A stretch of 51,462 nt of DNA from an uncultured Clostridia bacterium. Its GTDB lineage: Bacteria; Bacillota; Clostridia; TANB77; CAG-508. The notes under the pieces were generated by a model. That model saw only the letters and a list, made by a program, of their open reading frames with translations. It did no database searches and had not been told where the DNA came from. This document shows, piece by piece, positions 1 to 12,059 of the stretch. The DNA is taken from NCBI GenBank assembly GCA_947631145.1, contig CANRKF010000003.1, positions 1 through 51,462 on the forward strand, read 5' to 3'. The position numbers and the translations under genes are program-made. Position 1 is the first letter of the stretch. Each line of letters begins with the position of its first letter.

Positions 1-63
1 TTCTAGCTTCATTTTCCTCTTGCTTTCTTTTAAGTTTTGTCTTTTCCTTTGTTCTTTTACCAT
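1..63 (-). CDS. 5' end of a gene running off the window (MVKEQRKRQNLKESKRKMKLE...), product unknown
   Basis: ATG at 63 with an AAGGAGG RBS upstream; frame is open to the window edge. Confidence 0.7.
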   Translation of the reverse strand, partial: MVKEQRKRQNLKESKRKMKLE

Positions 64-299
64 TGTTTTTCCTCCTTCTTTTATTTTGTTTTTTTCTTTT
101 TAGTTATTTTATATAGAAAATAACATTTTACAAAATAATATTTTTTACTTAATATTTTCTTTAAAAATATTTCCTTATTTATATTTTTACATAAAACTTT
201 CATTATAAAAAATATTTTTTAATATTACTTTCTTTATAAAATAAATTAAATTATATAAATTTAAAATATTAAAATCTTTTTTAGTATATTTTTAAGCAC

Positions 300-340
300 A
301 ACAAAAGGACAGACTATTTTTTTCAAATAATCTATCCTTT
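300..340 (-). terminator. Intrinsic terminator/attenuator upstream of the gene starting at 63
   Basis: Minus strand AAAGGATAGATTATTT-loop-AAATAGTCTGTCCTTT then TGTTGT; the two stem mismatches are G-U pairs only in this orientation. Confidence 0.75.
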
Positions 341-388
341 ATTATTCTTAATATATTTTTACATAAAAAATAAACTACTAATAAACTC

Positions 389-475
389 TTAGTATTGTTT
401 TCTTTCTTTAATAGTATAAGTGTGTGTGTGTGTGTGTACAGCCTCAAGGCTTTCAGCCGTTTTTTCTTGTGTCAT
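389..475 (-). CDS. 28-aa leader peptide MTQEKTAESLEAVHTHTHTYTIKERKQY containing an (AC)9 tract
   Basis: AAAGGAG RBS, ATG at 475, TAA at 389-391; translated by hand. Confidence 0.6.
   Translation of the reverse strand: MTQEKTAESLEAVHTHTHTYTIKERKQY
420..437. repeat. (GT)9/(AC)9 dinucleotide microsatellite
   Basis: Seen directly; the only such tract noticed in the window. Confidence 0.95.
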
Positions 476-757
476 TTTTCTTTTCTCCTTTGTTTATTTT
501 TATGCTTTTTATTTGATTTGTTCTTATTAAATCACATTTACATTTTTTTGTAAATACTTTTTTTTATTTTTTTATATAAATTACCTCTACTGTTACAAAA
601 TAACAATTTTTTCTAAATTTAATCTTTATTTCTAATTTGTAATTAATAACTTTGACTTTTCTATACTTTTATGCAATAATATGTGGTACCAGATAAATGC
701 TAAAAAATGTATTTTGAAATTAAAATATTAATTTTAAAAATTTCTGAAAGGATAAAA

Positions 758-3175
758 ATGGATACGCTTTTAAATAAATTAGAATATAATCAAATTATTC
801 AAATAATAAATAAATATTGTAAAACATATCTTGGAAAAAATTTATGTAATAGTTTAATTCCAAGTTTTGAATTTGAGCATGTAAAAAACTCTTTAGAAAA
901 GGTTAATCAAGTAACTTCTCTTCTATTTCAAAAAGGAGCTCCTCCTTTATATGAAATAGAAGAACTTGAACTGCCTATTAAAATGCTAGAAAGTATGCAA
1001 ATATTAACTGCCAAAAACTTGCTTGATATTGCACACCTTTTAAAAATGGCTTCTGAACTACACAGTTATTTTTATAACGATGAAAATTTTGATTTATCTT
1101 CTTTTAATTTAATAGAAGATTACTTTTCTTCGCTATATTCTAACCCTAATATTTTGAAAAATATTACTTCTAAAATTTTAGATGAGAATACTATTGCAGA
1201 TAATGCTTCTAGCAAATTAAGTGCTTTGCGCAAAAGCAGAAAAAATTTAGAGCAAGATGTAAAAGATAAATTAAATTCATATATTCATTCTAGCAAGTAT
1301 TCTAAATATATTATGGATCCTATTGTAACTGTTCGTAATAATCGTTATGTAATACCTGTTAAGGAAGAATATAAAGATTTTGTTAAAGGTTTTATTCATG
1401 ATACTTCTTCAAGTGGTTCTACCCTATATATTGAGCCTACTTCAGTGTTTGAAGCTAATAATCAAATTGCTCATATTAAAGTTGAAGAGGAGCTAGAAAT
1501 TCAAAGAATTTTAAGTGAGCTTTCCTCTCTTCTTTACCCTTATGTAAATGAGCTTTCTAAAAATTTAGATTGTATTGGTGCTCTTGATTTGCTTTTTGCA
1601 AAAGCTACTTATGGTAAAGATGAAAATTGTAATGTTCCTAATTTAAGCGAAAAAAAGTATATTAATTTTTATAAGGCACGTCACCCTTTATTAGATAAGA
1701 AAACTGCCGTGCCTATTGATATTTATTTAAAAGAAGATAACCCTTGTTTATTAATTACAGGTCCTAATACTGGTGGTAAAACAGTTGCTTTAAAAACAAT
1801 TGGCTTACTTCTTCTTATGGCATATTCAGGTATTCCTATACCTTGCCATGAAAAAAGTAGTATTTGTGTGTTTTCAAAAATTTTTGTGGATATTGGCGAT
1901 GAGCAAAGTATAGAGCAGTCTTTAAGTACATTTTCTGCTCATATGATGAATATTATAAATATTACCAATAATGTGAATAATAATAGCTTAATACTTTTAG
2001 ATGAGCTTGGTTCTGGCACAGATCCTGTAGAAGGTTCTGCCTTAGCTATTAGTATTTTAAGCTATTGTAAAAATGCTGGTGCTTTTATATGTTGCACAAC
2101 TCATTATCCAGAATTAAAAGAATTTGCTTTAGTTACAGATGGTTTTGAAAATGCAAGCTTTGAGTTCGATTTAGAGAATTTAAAGCCTACTTATCGTTTG
2201 TTAATTGGTATTCCCGGAAAAAGTAATGCTTTTGAAATTAGTAAAAAGCTTGGTTTAAATTCTGATATTTTGCAAAATGCTTCTTCTTTTTTGAAAAAAG
2301 ATAAAGTTTCTATTGAAGAATTACTAAAAAATATATATAATAATAAGCTGTTAATTGATAAAGAAAAAGAAGAAATTGAAAAGAATTTAAGTCAAATTTC
2401 TGGCTTAAGGCAAGCTTTGGAAAATGAAAAAAGAGAGCTTGAGGAAAAGAAAAGGGATTTAATTGAAAAGGCTAAACTTGAGGCTAGAGAAATTGTTTTA
2501 GATGCTAAAGAAGAAGTTAATGATATTATACAGGAATTAAATAAAGAAAATATAGATATTAAAACTGCTAATTCTAATAGAAATAAATTAAATAAAAAAA
2601 TAAAGGAGTTAGTTCCAAATAGTAGTTTAAGTTCTTATGAAGCTTCTGAACTTGAAGGCTTAAATGCTTCTAAAAAGCTTAATCCAAATGAGGTTTCTCA
2701 GGGTTTAAGTGTATGGGTTCCTTCTTTTAATTCTGAAGGGACAGTTTTAAGCTCACATGTTAGTAAATCTGGCGAAGTTATGGTTCAAGTTGGACTTGCT
2801 AAAATGAGTTTAAAATTAGAACAACTTACTAAAATTGCTAATACTTCTGGTTATACCAATGGTTCTAATTCTGCTAATGGTTCTAATAATAAAAATGGTC
2901 AGGTTCATACTTTTTCTAGTTCTAAAGCTCAAATGGTATCTTCTGAAATTAATGTTATTGGGCAAAATGTTGAAGATGCAATTTATGTAATTGATAAGTA
3001 TATAGATAACTGCGTTTTAGCACACCTTTCTCCTATTCGCATTGTTCATGGAAAAGGTACTGGCAAGCTTCGTGAAGGTATACATGCGTATTTAAAAAGA
3101 AATCCTCATGTAAAATCTTTTCGTTTGGGTACTTTTGGCGAAGGTGAAATGGGCGTAACTGTTGTGGAGTTATAA
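758..3175 (+). CDS. mutS2: Endonuclease MutS2
   Basis: TGPNTGGKT Walker A, LDELGSGTDP, C-terminal Smr domain (IVHGKGTG); start moved to ATG 758 after the GAAAGGA RBS. Confidence 0.95.
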   Translation: MDTLLNKLEYNQIIQIINKYCKTYLGKNLCNSLIPSFEFEHVKNSLEKVNQVTSLLFQKGAPPLYEIEELELPIKMLESMQILTAKNLLDIAHLLKMASELHSYFYNDENFDLSSFNLIEDYFSSLYSNPNILKNITSKILDENTIADNASSKLSALRKSRKNLEQDVKDKLNSYIHSSKYSKYIMDPIVTVRNNRYVIPVKEEYKDFVKGFIHDTSSSGSTLYIEPTSVFEANNQIAHIKVEEELEIQRILSELSSLLYPYVNELSKNLDCIGALDLLFAKATYGKDENCNVPNLSEKKYINFYKARHPLLDKKTAVPIDIYLKEDNPCLLITGPNTGGKTVALKTIGLLLLMAYSGIPIPCHEKSSICVFSKIFVDIGDEQSIEQSLSTFSAHMMNIINITNNVNNNSLILLDELGSGTDPVEGSALAISILSYCKNAGAFICCTTHYPELKEFALVTDGFENASFEFDLENLKPTYRLLIGIPGKSNAFEISKKLGLNSDILQNASSFLKKDKVSIEELLKNIYNNKLLIDKEKEEIEKNLSQISGLRQALENEKRELEEKKRDLIEKAKLEAREIVLDAKEEVNDIIQELNKENIDIKTANSNRNKLNKKIKELVPNSSLSSYEASELEGLNASKKLNPNEVSQGLSVWVPSFNSEGTVLSSHVSKSGEVMVQVGLAKMSLKLEQLTKIANTSGYTNGSNSANGSNNKNGQVHTFSSSKAQMVSSEINVIGQNVEDAIYVIDKYIDNCVLAHLSPIRIVHGKGTGKLREGIHAYLKRNPHVKSFRLGTFGEGEMGVTVVEL

Positions 3176-3256
3176 AATTATTCTAGAAAGAATGTGTTTA
3201 TAGAATTTTTATTAAATACATCTTATAAACATATTATACGAGGTTTTTAAAAATTT

Positions 3257-4438
3257 ATGAAGAAAAAAATATCAATAATAAATGCTTGCACTGATTTAGG
3301 TGTTAATGTAAATGGAGCAGCTCTTGGTGCACAAATTTTAACTAAAGATTTTAATTGCAGTAATATTTCTAATATTCATGCAGAAAGTAATAATAACAAT
3401 ATTGCTAATATTCATACAGAGAGTAATAATAACAATATTGCTAATATTCATGCAGAAAGTAGTAATAACATTGCTAATATTTATACAGAAAGTAACAATA
3501 ATATTGCTAATATTTATACAGTAATGCAAGAAAGTATAAAGGGAACTGTAGATTTTAAAAATTTTAATACTAATAAAGAAACTCTTGATGATTTTGTAAA
3601 AGAATTTAATAATCTTTTACTTAAAATGCATGAGCTACATTTTGAAAATAACATGACTGAAAACGAAATTAAATTATATAATCAAAAAATGCAAAATTTA
3701 GTATTAGCGGTTAAAGCTTTAGATAGTAAATGTGAAAAAAGAAATATGGATTCTATTAATAAATTTAATGAAGAACTTTATAAAGTTGTTTCTAAAGTGT
3801 TAGAAAATAATGAGTTTCCCCTAACTGTTGGTGGAGATCACATTGTTGCCATTGCTTCTAGCTTAGCTTCTATAAAAAAGCATAAAAATTTGGGAATTAT
3901 TTGGTTTGATTCTCATGGAGATTTTAATACATACTCTACTTCTGTTACAGGAAATTTGCATGGGCTTCCTTTAGCAGTTGCTACACATTATGAGAAAGAT
4001 ATTCTAGCACCTTTCCATAATGGTCCATTTTATAACCCTAAAAATACTGTTATTGTTGGCGGTAGAGATATTGATCCATGGGAATGGGGTAATATTATAG
4101 ATGCTGGTGTTACTGTATTTTCTACTAAAGATATTCAAAATTTAGGCGCAGAAGTTGTTTGTAAAAAGGCTTTTGAAATTGCATCTTGTGGAACTAATGG
4201 TGTTCACGTTAGCTTCGATTTAGATTTAATTGATCCTGAAGTTGCACCCGGAGTTTCTGTACCTGCTTTAAATGGTATTAATTTAGAACAAACTTATAAT
4301 TTAGTAGATGAAATTTTGAAATATGCAAATATTATTAAATCTGCTGATTTAGTAGAGTTTAATCCTATTTTTGATAAGAATCATGTTACTGAAAACATTG
4401 CTAAAAATATTTTGTGTCGCATTAGGGACGTTTCTTAA
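3257..4438 (+). CDS. rocF: Arginase family protein with an N-terminal Asn-rich repeat insertion
   Basis: Metal-binding motifs GGDH, DSHGD and SFDLD, plus GNLHG. Confidence 0.85.
   Translation: MKKKISIINACTDLGVNVNGAALGAQILTKDFNCSNISNIHAESNNNNIANIHTESNNNNIANIHAESSNNIANIYTESNNNIANIYTVMQESIKGTVDFKNFNTNKETLDDFVKEFNNLLLKMHELHFENNMTENEIKLYNQKMQNLVLAVKALDSKCEKRNMDSINKFNEELYKVVSKVLENNEFPLTVGGDHIVAIASSLASIKKHKNLGIIWFDSHGDFNTYSTSVTGNLHGLPLAVATHYEKDILAPFHNGPFYNPKNTVIVGGRDIDPWEWGNIIDAGVTVFSTKDIQNLGAEVVCKKAFEIASCGTNGVHVSFDLDLIDPEVAPGVSVPALNGINLEQTYNLVDEILKYANIIKSADLVEFNPIFDKNHVTENIAKNILCRIRDVS
3360..3520 (+). repeat. In-frame 30-33 bp tandem repeat (NIANIHxESNN), about 5 copies
   Basis: Repeated ctaatattcatgcagaaagtaataataac units. 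Confidence 0.9.
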
Positions 4439-4513
4439 CGCGACACTTTGTCGCGTAAAGAAACGTCCCCAATGCGACATTTTGTCGCGCCAAGAAACGT
4501 CCCCAACGCGACA
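4415..4513. repeat. REP-like palindrome cluster 1 (three 31-bp units)
   Basis: TGTCGC...AAGAAACGTCCCC...GCGACA units at a 34-bp period, first unit inverted. Confidence 0.9.
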
Positions 4514-4517
4514 TTTT

Positions 4518-6929
4518 TTATTTTCTTAGTTCTGCTCCTAAGTTTTTCTCTAATTCTGCAATTATTTCTTTCATAATGCTATTGATTTCATCATCTGTTA
4601 AGGTTCTATCTGGAAGTCTGAATTTTAAGCTATATGCAACGCTTTTTTTGTTTTCTCCTAATTTTTCGCTTCTGTAAATATCAAATAATTTTGCTTCTTC
4701 TAATAATTTTTTAGCTTTCTTTTGGATGATTTTCTCAATTTCTCCTACTTCTATTTCTTCATTTATTACCATACTAATATCTCTTTCTACTGCTGGGAAT
4801 TTAGTAATTGGTGCATATTTTTGATTTTTTCTAGCATATTTTGTTAATTTATCTATATCTATTTCTGCAAGAAGTACTCTTTGAGTTATATCATAATTTT
4901 TTGTAAGTAGTGGATTTGCCTCTCCTATTGTAGCAACTACATCAGTTCCTACATTAAGGTTTGCACATCTTCCCGGATGATACATTTTATTTTCTTTTTC
5001 TTTTCTAATATCATATCTTTGAAGTCCTGCTACTTCTAATACATTTTCTACTAAGCCTTTTAGTGTGTAAAAATCTTCTTTTTCGCTGTATATACCAATA
5101 GTTAAAACATTTTTTTCTTCTGGCAAGTTTCCGCTTTCTATTACTCCATTTTTGTTTCTATATACTCTAGATAAATCAAATAGTTTTACTTCTTTGTTTT
5201 TATAATTGTTGTTAGTTTCTAAAATTTGCATCATGCTTGGAATAGAAGTAGTTTTCATTATAGTATAATCTTCACTTAATGGATTTTGAATTTTTACAGC
5301 TTCTGTAAGATATTCATTATTTCCTTCTATATTGCATTTTGCCAAGTCTTTTTCACTTAGGAAACCATAGGTGCAAATTTCTGATAAACCACTGTTTACT
5401 AGGTATTCTGATACATTATCTGCTATTTTTTGCTCTTTATTTTTGCCCCCTAAGGTTGTTTCTGCATTAATTAAAGTTGTTCCTAATTTATCATATCCAT
5501 AAAATCTTAAAACTTCTTCTGCTACATCTGCAAGTTGCTCAATATCTGGTCTAAAGTATGGTGGTATAACTTCGCCATTTTCTACTTTTATTTCTAATTT
5601 TTCTAAAGTTTTTACCATTTCTTCTTTAGATAAATTTGTTCCTAATAAAACATTGATTCTATCTACGTTTAATGGAATTCTTGCTATTTTTTGTTTAGTT
5701 GGATACACATCAATTTTTCCTTCTACTGCTTCTCCAGCACCAATTTGCTCTACTAATTCTACTGCTCTATTGATTGCTCTTAATGCATTTTCTTGAGATA
5801 AGCCTTTTTCGTAACGGCTAGATGCTTCTGTTCTTAAACCTACTGCTTTTGCAGTTTTTCTAACACTTCCTCCATAGAATACAGCAGATTCAAATACTAC
5901 TGTTTGAGTTGTAGGTTCTATTTCAGAGTTTTGTCCTCCCATAACTCCTGCAATAGCTACTGGCTTTTTGCTATCTGCTATTACTAGCATATTTTCATTT
6001 AATTTTCTTTCTTGGTCATCAAGTGTAATAATTTTTTCATCTTTTCCTGCTCTTCTTACTGTAATATGCTTTCCTTCAATAGAATTTATATCAAATGCAT
6101 GCATTGGTTGCCCCATTTCAAGCATAACATAGTTAGTAATATCTACTATATTATTTATAGCTCTTACTCCACAGCTATTAAGCCTTTTTACCATCCATTC
6201 TGGAGATGGAGCAATTTTAACATTTTTTACAACTCTTGCAATATAACGGTAGCATAAGTCTGGAGCTGTAATTTCTACTGTTAGGCCATCTATGTTGTTT
6301 ACATCTTTTACGGTCATTTCATCTATGTTTTTACGAGGATTTTTAAATGGTACATTTAAAGAAACTGCAGTTTCTCTACCTAATCCTTCAATAGAAAAAC
6401 AATCTGGTCTATTTGGTGTAATTTCAAAGTCTATAACTGTTTGGTTAATACCTAAAACTTCCTTAATATCTTTTCCAAGTTCTTTTTCTAGTTCAGGCTT
6501 TAAAATCATAATACCATTTTCAATTTGATCTGGATAATTGTGAATGTCTAACCCTAATTCTCCAACAGAACACATCATTCCACAAGAATCAACACCTCTT
6601 AATTTACCAGTTTTTATTTCTACTCCTCCAGGTAGTTTTGAGCCATCTTTTGCTATTGGAACAATGTCTCCTTCTTTAATATTTTGAGCTCCTGTTACAA
6701 TTTGTAAAATTTCTCCGTTTCCTACATCTACTTTTGTAACTACTAAATGATCTGAATTTATATGTCGCTTAATTTCTAATATTTTTCCAACAACTACATT
6801 TTGAATATCACTTCCCTGTTCTTCTATAGTTTCTACTTTAGAACCAGTCATTGTTAGAATATCTCCTAACTCTTTTGGACTTACATTTATATCTGCATAC
6901 TCGCTTAACCATTCTATACTTGCTTTCAT
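4518..6929 (-). CDS. pheT: Phenylalanyl-tRNA synthetase beta subunit
   Basis: ITPNRPDC, tRNA-binding OB fold, FDX-ACB C-terminus; lies downstream of pheS. Confidence 0.97.
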   Translation of the reverse strand: MKASIEWLSEYADINVSPKELGDILTMTGSKVETIEEQGSDIQNVVVGKILEIKRHINSDHLVVTKVDVGNGEILQIVTGAQNIKEGDIVPIAKDGSKLPGGVEIKTGKLRGVDSCGMMCSVGELGLDIHNYPDQIENGIMILKPELEKELGKDIKEVLGINQTVIDFEITPNRPDCFSIEGLGRETAVSLNVPFKNPRKNIDEMTVKDVNNIDGLTVEITAPDLCYRYIARVVKNVKIAPSPEWMVKRLNSCGVRAINNIVDITNYVMLEMGQPMHAFDINSIEGKHITVRRAGKDEKIITLDDQERKLNENMLVIADSKKPVAIAGVMGGQNSEIEPTTQTVVFESAVFYGGSVRKTAKAVGLRTEASSRYEKGLSQENALRAINRAVELVEQIGAGEAVEGKIDVYPTKQKIARIPLNVDRINVLLGTNLSKEEMVKTLEKLEIKVENGEVIPPYFRPDIEQLADVAEEVLRFYGYDKLGTTLINAETTLGGKNKEQKIADNVSEYLVNSGLSEICTYGFLSEKDLAKCNIEGNNEYLTEAVKIQNPLSEDYTIMKTTSIPSMMQILETNNNYKNKEVKLFDLSRVYRNKNGVIESGNLPEEKNVLTIGIYSEKEDFYTLKGLVENVLEVAGLQRYDIRKEKENKMYHPGRCANLNVGTDVVATIGEANPLLTKNYDITQRVLLAEIDIDKLTKYARKNQKYAPITKFPAVERDISMVINEEIEVGEIEKIIQKKAKKLLEEAKLFDIYRSEKLGENKKSVAYSLKFRLPDRTLTDDEINSIMKEIIAELEKNLGAELRK

Positions 6930-6950
6930 TTTTAATTTCCTCCTTCATTT

Positions 6951-7140
6951 TGTCGCGTTAGGGACGTTTCTTTACGCGACACTTTGTCGTTTCTGGGACA
7001 CATCTTTTATTTCTATATTTTTTTCTAATTTAGAAATTTTAGTTAATTACCATATTTTATTATGGTATTTTTAATATATTTTTAAACATGTGTCCTAAAT
7101 GCGACACTTTGTCGCGTTAAGAAACGTCCCCAACGCGACA
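6951..7140. repeat. REP-like cluster 2: inverted pair of units flanking an AT-rich core (REPIN/MITE-like)
   Basis: Units at 6951-6981 and 7110-7140 in opposite orientation, with half-units inside. Confidence 0.85.
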
Positions 7141-7145
7141 TGACA

Positions 7146-8165
7146 CTAAAATTGTTTCAAAAATCTTACATCGTTTTCGTATAATAAACGCATATCGTCA
7201 ATTCCAAATTTTGCCATAGCTATTCTTTCAACACCGAAGCCAAAGGCAAAACCTGAATATTCTTCTGGATCAATTCCGCAATTACGAAGCACGTTTGGAT
7301 GAACCATTCCACATCCTAAAAGTTCTATCCAGCCTTCTCCTTTACATACTCTACAGCCTTTTCCTCCACATACAAAGCAAGATACATCTGCTTCTGCACT
7401 TGGTTCTGTAAATGGAAAATGGTGTGGTCTAAATCTAACTAAAGTTTTTTCTCCTAAACATTTTTTAGCAAACATTGCAAGTGTTCCTTTTAAATCTGCC
7501 ATTGATATGTTTCTATCTATAACCAAACCTTCTATTTGATGGAATACTGGTGAATGTGTTGCATCTACGCTATCTGAACGATATACTGCTCCCGGACAAA
7601 TAATTTTAATTGGTGGCTTTGTAGTTTCCATTACTCTTGCTTGAACTGATGATGTTTGTGAACGAAGTATTATATCATCTGTAATGTAAAAAGTATCTTG
7701 TATATCTCTTGCTGGATGGTCTGGTGGTGTGTTTAATTTATCAAAGTTATATGTTGCAAGCTCTACTTCTGGTCCATCTGCAATTTCATACCCCATTCCT
7801 ATGAATATTTCTTTTACATCATTTATTATTTGTGTTATTGGGTGTACACTTCCTAAATTATTCTTTTTACTTGGCATAGTAACATCTATATTTTCTGTTG
7901 CTAGCTTTTTTTCAATTTCTAGGTTTGCAAAGTGCTTTTCTCCATTTTCAATTTTTGCTTCTAATTCGTCTCTTATTTCATTTACTAAACTTCCTATTAC
8001 TGGTCTTTCTTCTGGTGAAAGCCCTCCCATTCCTCTTAACATTAAAGTAAGCTCTCCTTTTTTTCCTAAGTATTTAATTCTTACATCTTCTAGTGCTTTT
8101 GCATCTTTTGCTTCTTGTATATCCTTTAGTGCTTTTTCTTTGATTTGTGCAATTTGTTCTTTCAT
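7146..8165 (-). CDS. pheS: Phenylalanyl-tRNA synthetase alpha subunit
   Basis: [27 protein letters not shown]. Confidence 0.98.
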   Translation of the reverse strand: MKEQIAQIKEKALKDIQEAKDAKALEDVRIKYLGKKGELTLMLRGMGGLSPEERPVIGSLVNEIRDELEAKIENGEKHFANLEIEKKLATENIDVTMPSKKNNLGSVHPITQIINDVKEIFIGMGYEIADGPEVELATYNFDKLNTPPDHPARDIQDTFYITDDIILRSQTSSVQARVMETTKPPIKIICPGAVYRSDSVDATHSPVFHQIEGLVIDRNISMADLKGTLAMFAKKCLGEKTLVRFRPHHFPFTEPSAEADVSCFVCGGKGCRVCKGEGWIELLGCGMVHPNVLRNCGIDPEEYSGFAFGFGVERIAMAKFGIDDMRLLYENDVRFLKQF

Positions 8166-8374
8166 AGTAAAATTTCATCCTTTCTTGCTTTTTCGGAAGA
8201 TTAATATAATTTTCAAATTAAAATCCATTTCTTTCTTGCTTTGCTCAAACACATAGAAATGAAAGATTGCTTTTTTTCAAATTATTATCTTCCTATTTTT
8301 ATATTTAGGTTTTTTAAGTTTTCCTATAAAACTTTTAATTTTATTTTTGTTATAATTTTATGCTATATATTTTT

Positions 8375-8745
8375 AAAACTCCATTCCATCCTGAAATAGG
8401 ACGAAATGGAGCTTTCGTGGTACCACCTAATTTTATTAATTAAATTTAAATTTTACTTAATTTTTATATGACATTGTTATTTTATATAAGTAATTTTAAA
8501 AAAAATTAACCTTATTATAGTTATAACGTGACTAACGCTTTTTCCTAATAAAACTTGACATTTTATATTTTTTTATTATTTTATGCTTATTTTTTATTAG
8601 CACATTTAAAATAATTGTGTCAGGTATTTTTCAGAAAAAGGCCAAAAAAGTGAAATTTCGGTAAAAGCTATAATAATAAACTTTCAGCTATTGTTTATTT
8701 CTCTTTCTTATACTTTACTTTACCTACTTTGCTTTTTTATTGGTT
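8375..8745 (-). promoter_or_regulatory. T-box riboswitch (Phe) upstream of pheST
   Basis: AATTAGGTGGTACCACG T-box at 8416-8432, terminator CTCCATTTCGTCCT/AGGATGGAATGGAG-TTTT, stem I AGAGA and GCTGAA motifs, TTC specifier at 8652-8654. Confidence 0.9.
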
Positions 8746-9162
8746 TGTTATTGCATTATTTATTTATTGGTTTGTTTTTTGTTTTTTATAGATTTATTTA
8801 TGGTTTGTTTTTTATTTTTTATAGTTTTATTTATTGATTTGTTTTTTTATTAATGTTATTTAACGTAAACTATTTTAACATTTTTTTGCTTTTAAATCAA
8901 GTGTTTATTTTAATTTTTGACTTGACGCATTTTACTATATTCCTCATCAAAAATTCTTGCATAAGGTTCTCCATTACTTTTCTGTTTTTCAATTTGTTTT
9001 ATTTCTTCTTTCTTAAACTAATTATCTACACTATATTTTTCTTTTGCAATTTGTTCTAAATCATAATTTTCCTTTGCATCAATTCTTTGCTTTTCATATA
9101 TTCGTTTTATTATTTGATGTAGATTTGTTCGTCAATATCATTGCAGTACCAATTAATAATTT

Positions 9163-10189
9163 TTATTCGTCTTCTACTTCATCTATATCAATGTGTAAGT
9201 TTAAATCTTCTTCAGTAGGTAAAGCATCTATTATTTCTTTTGGCAATATTTCAAAAGATGATACTCCTATTGGATTTTCAACATTATTTAATGAATATTC
9301 AACAGTTAATCTCTTTTTACCTTTACAAAGTATTAATCCTATTGTATCGTTATCTTGTTCAGTTTTTAATATATTATTTACAGCATTTATATAAAAGTTC
9401 ATTTTTCCAGCATACTCTGGTTTAAATTCACCAACTTTTAATTCAATTACTACATAACATCTTAATTTTAAATGATAGAATAACATATCAAGAAAATAGT
9501 CGTTATTATCTACTGTTATTTTATATTGATTTCCAACAAAACTAAATCCTTTTCCGTAATTCTATTAAAGTGTCTTTTATTCTTTCCACTAATGCATTTT
9601 CTAATTCTGTTTCAATATATTTTTCTTTTAAAAGTGGTAAATTAAAAATATATGGGTCTTTTTGCATACTATTTGCCATATCACTTAATGGAGAAATTAG
9701 TTTTTCATTAAAATTGTTATCTTTAATTGCTTTACCTTGTCTTTCATATAATTTTGTATCAATTTGCAATTCAAGTACATCAACAGACCAGCCATTTTCA
9801 ACACATTTTTGCATATACCATAATCTTTCATCTATATCTTTAATCTTATCTAAAATAAGCAAATTATGAGACCACGGAATTTGTGCAGACGCCATCTGCA
9901 CTTTTTCATTAGAACTTATTTCTGCATAAAATTTTTTCATATTTTTAATATTTCTTACTGAAAAACCTTTTATATTAGGAAATTCAATTTTCATCTCGGT
10001 ACTTAAACTTTCTATAAATTTATTACCCCAAGAAGAATTTTCATTTACCACTTTGCCAATATAAAAATATAATTCAAGTAATCTTTTATTAGCATCACTC
10101 ATAATTAAAGTTTGAGTTTTATAAATTTCATTTTTTATGTTTTTAATTATTTCTTTAAAATCTTTTTCTAACATATTTTCATTATCCAT
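9163..10189 (-). CDS. YhcG/DUF1016 PD-(D/E)XK nuclease family protein, about 341 aa after a +1 shift at CGG-A (9553-9556)
   Basis: WSHN and KDPYIF in ORF1; skipping base 9556 gives IELGKGFSFVGNQY...DMLFYHLKLRCYVVIELK. Confidence 0.9.
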
Positions 10190-10372
10190 ATATTAGATCC
10201 TCCAATTTTGCCACTATTAGTGGCGGATTTTATTTTTTCTTTTTTAATCCTTTTATAATTTCATTAAAAGTTATTAGCAAAGCGATACTTTTTTCGAAAC
10301 AAGGAGCAACAGTGTTTTGACTTATGTTGTTTTATAAAATAAAACAACTAGTCAAACTAACTGGTTGCGACG

Positions 10373-10448
10373 TGGCTGGGGTACTAGGATTCGAACCTAG
10401 GAAATGTCGGAGTCAGAGTCCGATGCCTTACCGCTTGGCTATACCCCA
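10373..10448 (-). tRNA. tRNA-Gln(CTG)
   Basis: 76-nt cloverleaf, anticodon arm TCGGA-CTCTGAC-TCCGA, GGTTCGAATCC T arm, encoded CCA. Confidence 0.97.
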
Positions 10449-10572
10449 ATGTAATTATATTTTTATAATTTTGCGCCACAAGCCTAATTTGTATATATTT
10501 TTTGTACTTTAGATTAAAAAATATATACAAAATGGCTATGGCGATCTTTTTAATTCTAAATTATTTTATGAA

Positions 10573-11904
<1,332 letters not shown>

Positions 11905-12059
11905 TTAACCTTTTATATTAAAGTACATCTATGTTTATTATGCACTAATATTAAATTAGACTATTATTTTTTAATATATTAAATTTTTAATTATTCACTT
12001 TCAAAGTTATTTTATTTATTGAATTTGCAAAGCTTTAAATACTTCATTTAATAAAATAT

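Noticed and set aside
2400-2460. AGG as a second shift-prone codon
   Set aside because: In-frame AGG in mutS2 (two sites) and in infB (PRPP) is followed by correct in-frame sequence.
4415-4513. Palindrome clusters as CRISPR arrays
   Set aside because: Units are separated by 3-nt linkers with no unique spacers, occur in mixed orientation, and no cas genes are present.
10373-10448. tRNA as a frameshift suppressor explaining CGG-A
   Set aside because: It has a normal 7-nt anticodon loop with CTG, so it is an ordinary tRNA-Gln.
9163-10448. tRNA-anchored genomic island
   Set aside because: No integrase and no duplicated tRNA 3' end were found.
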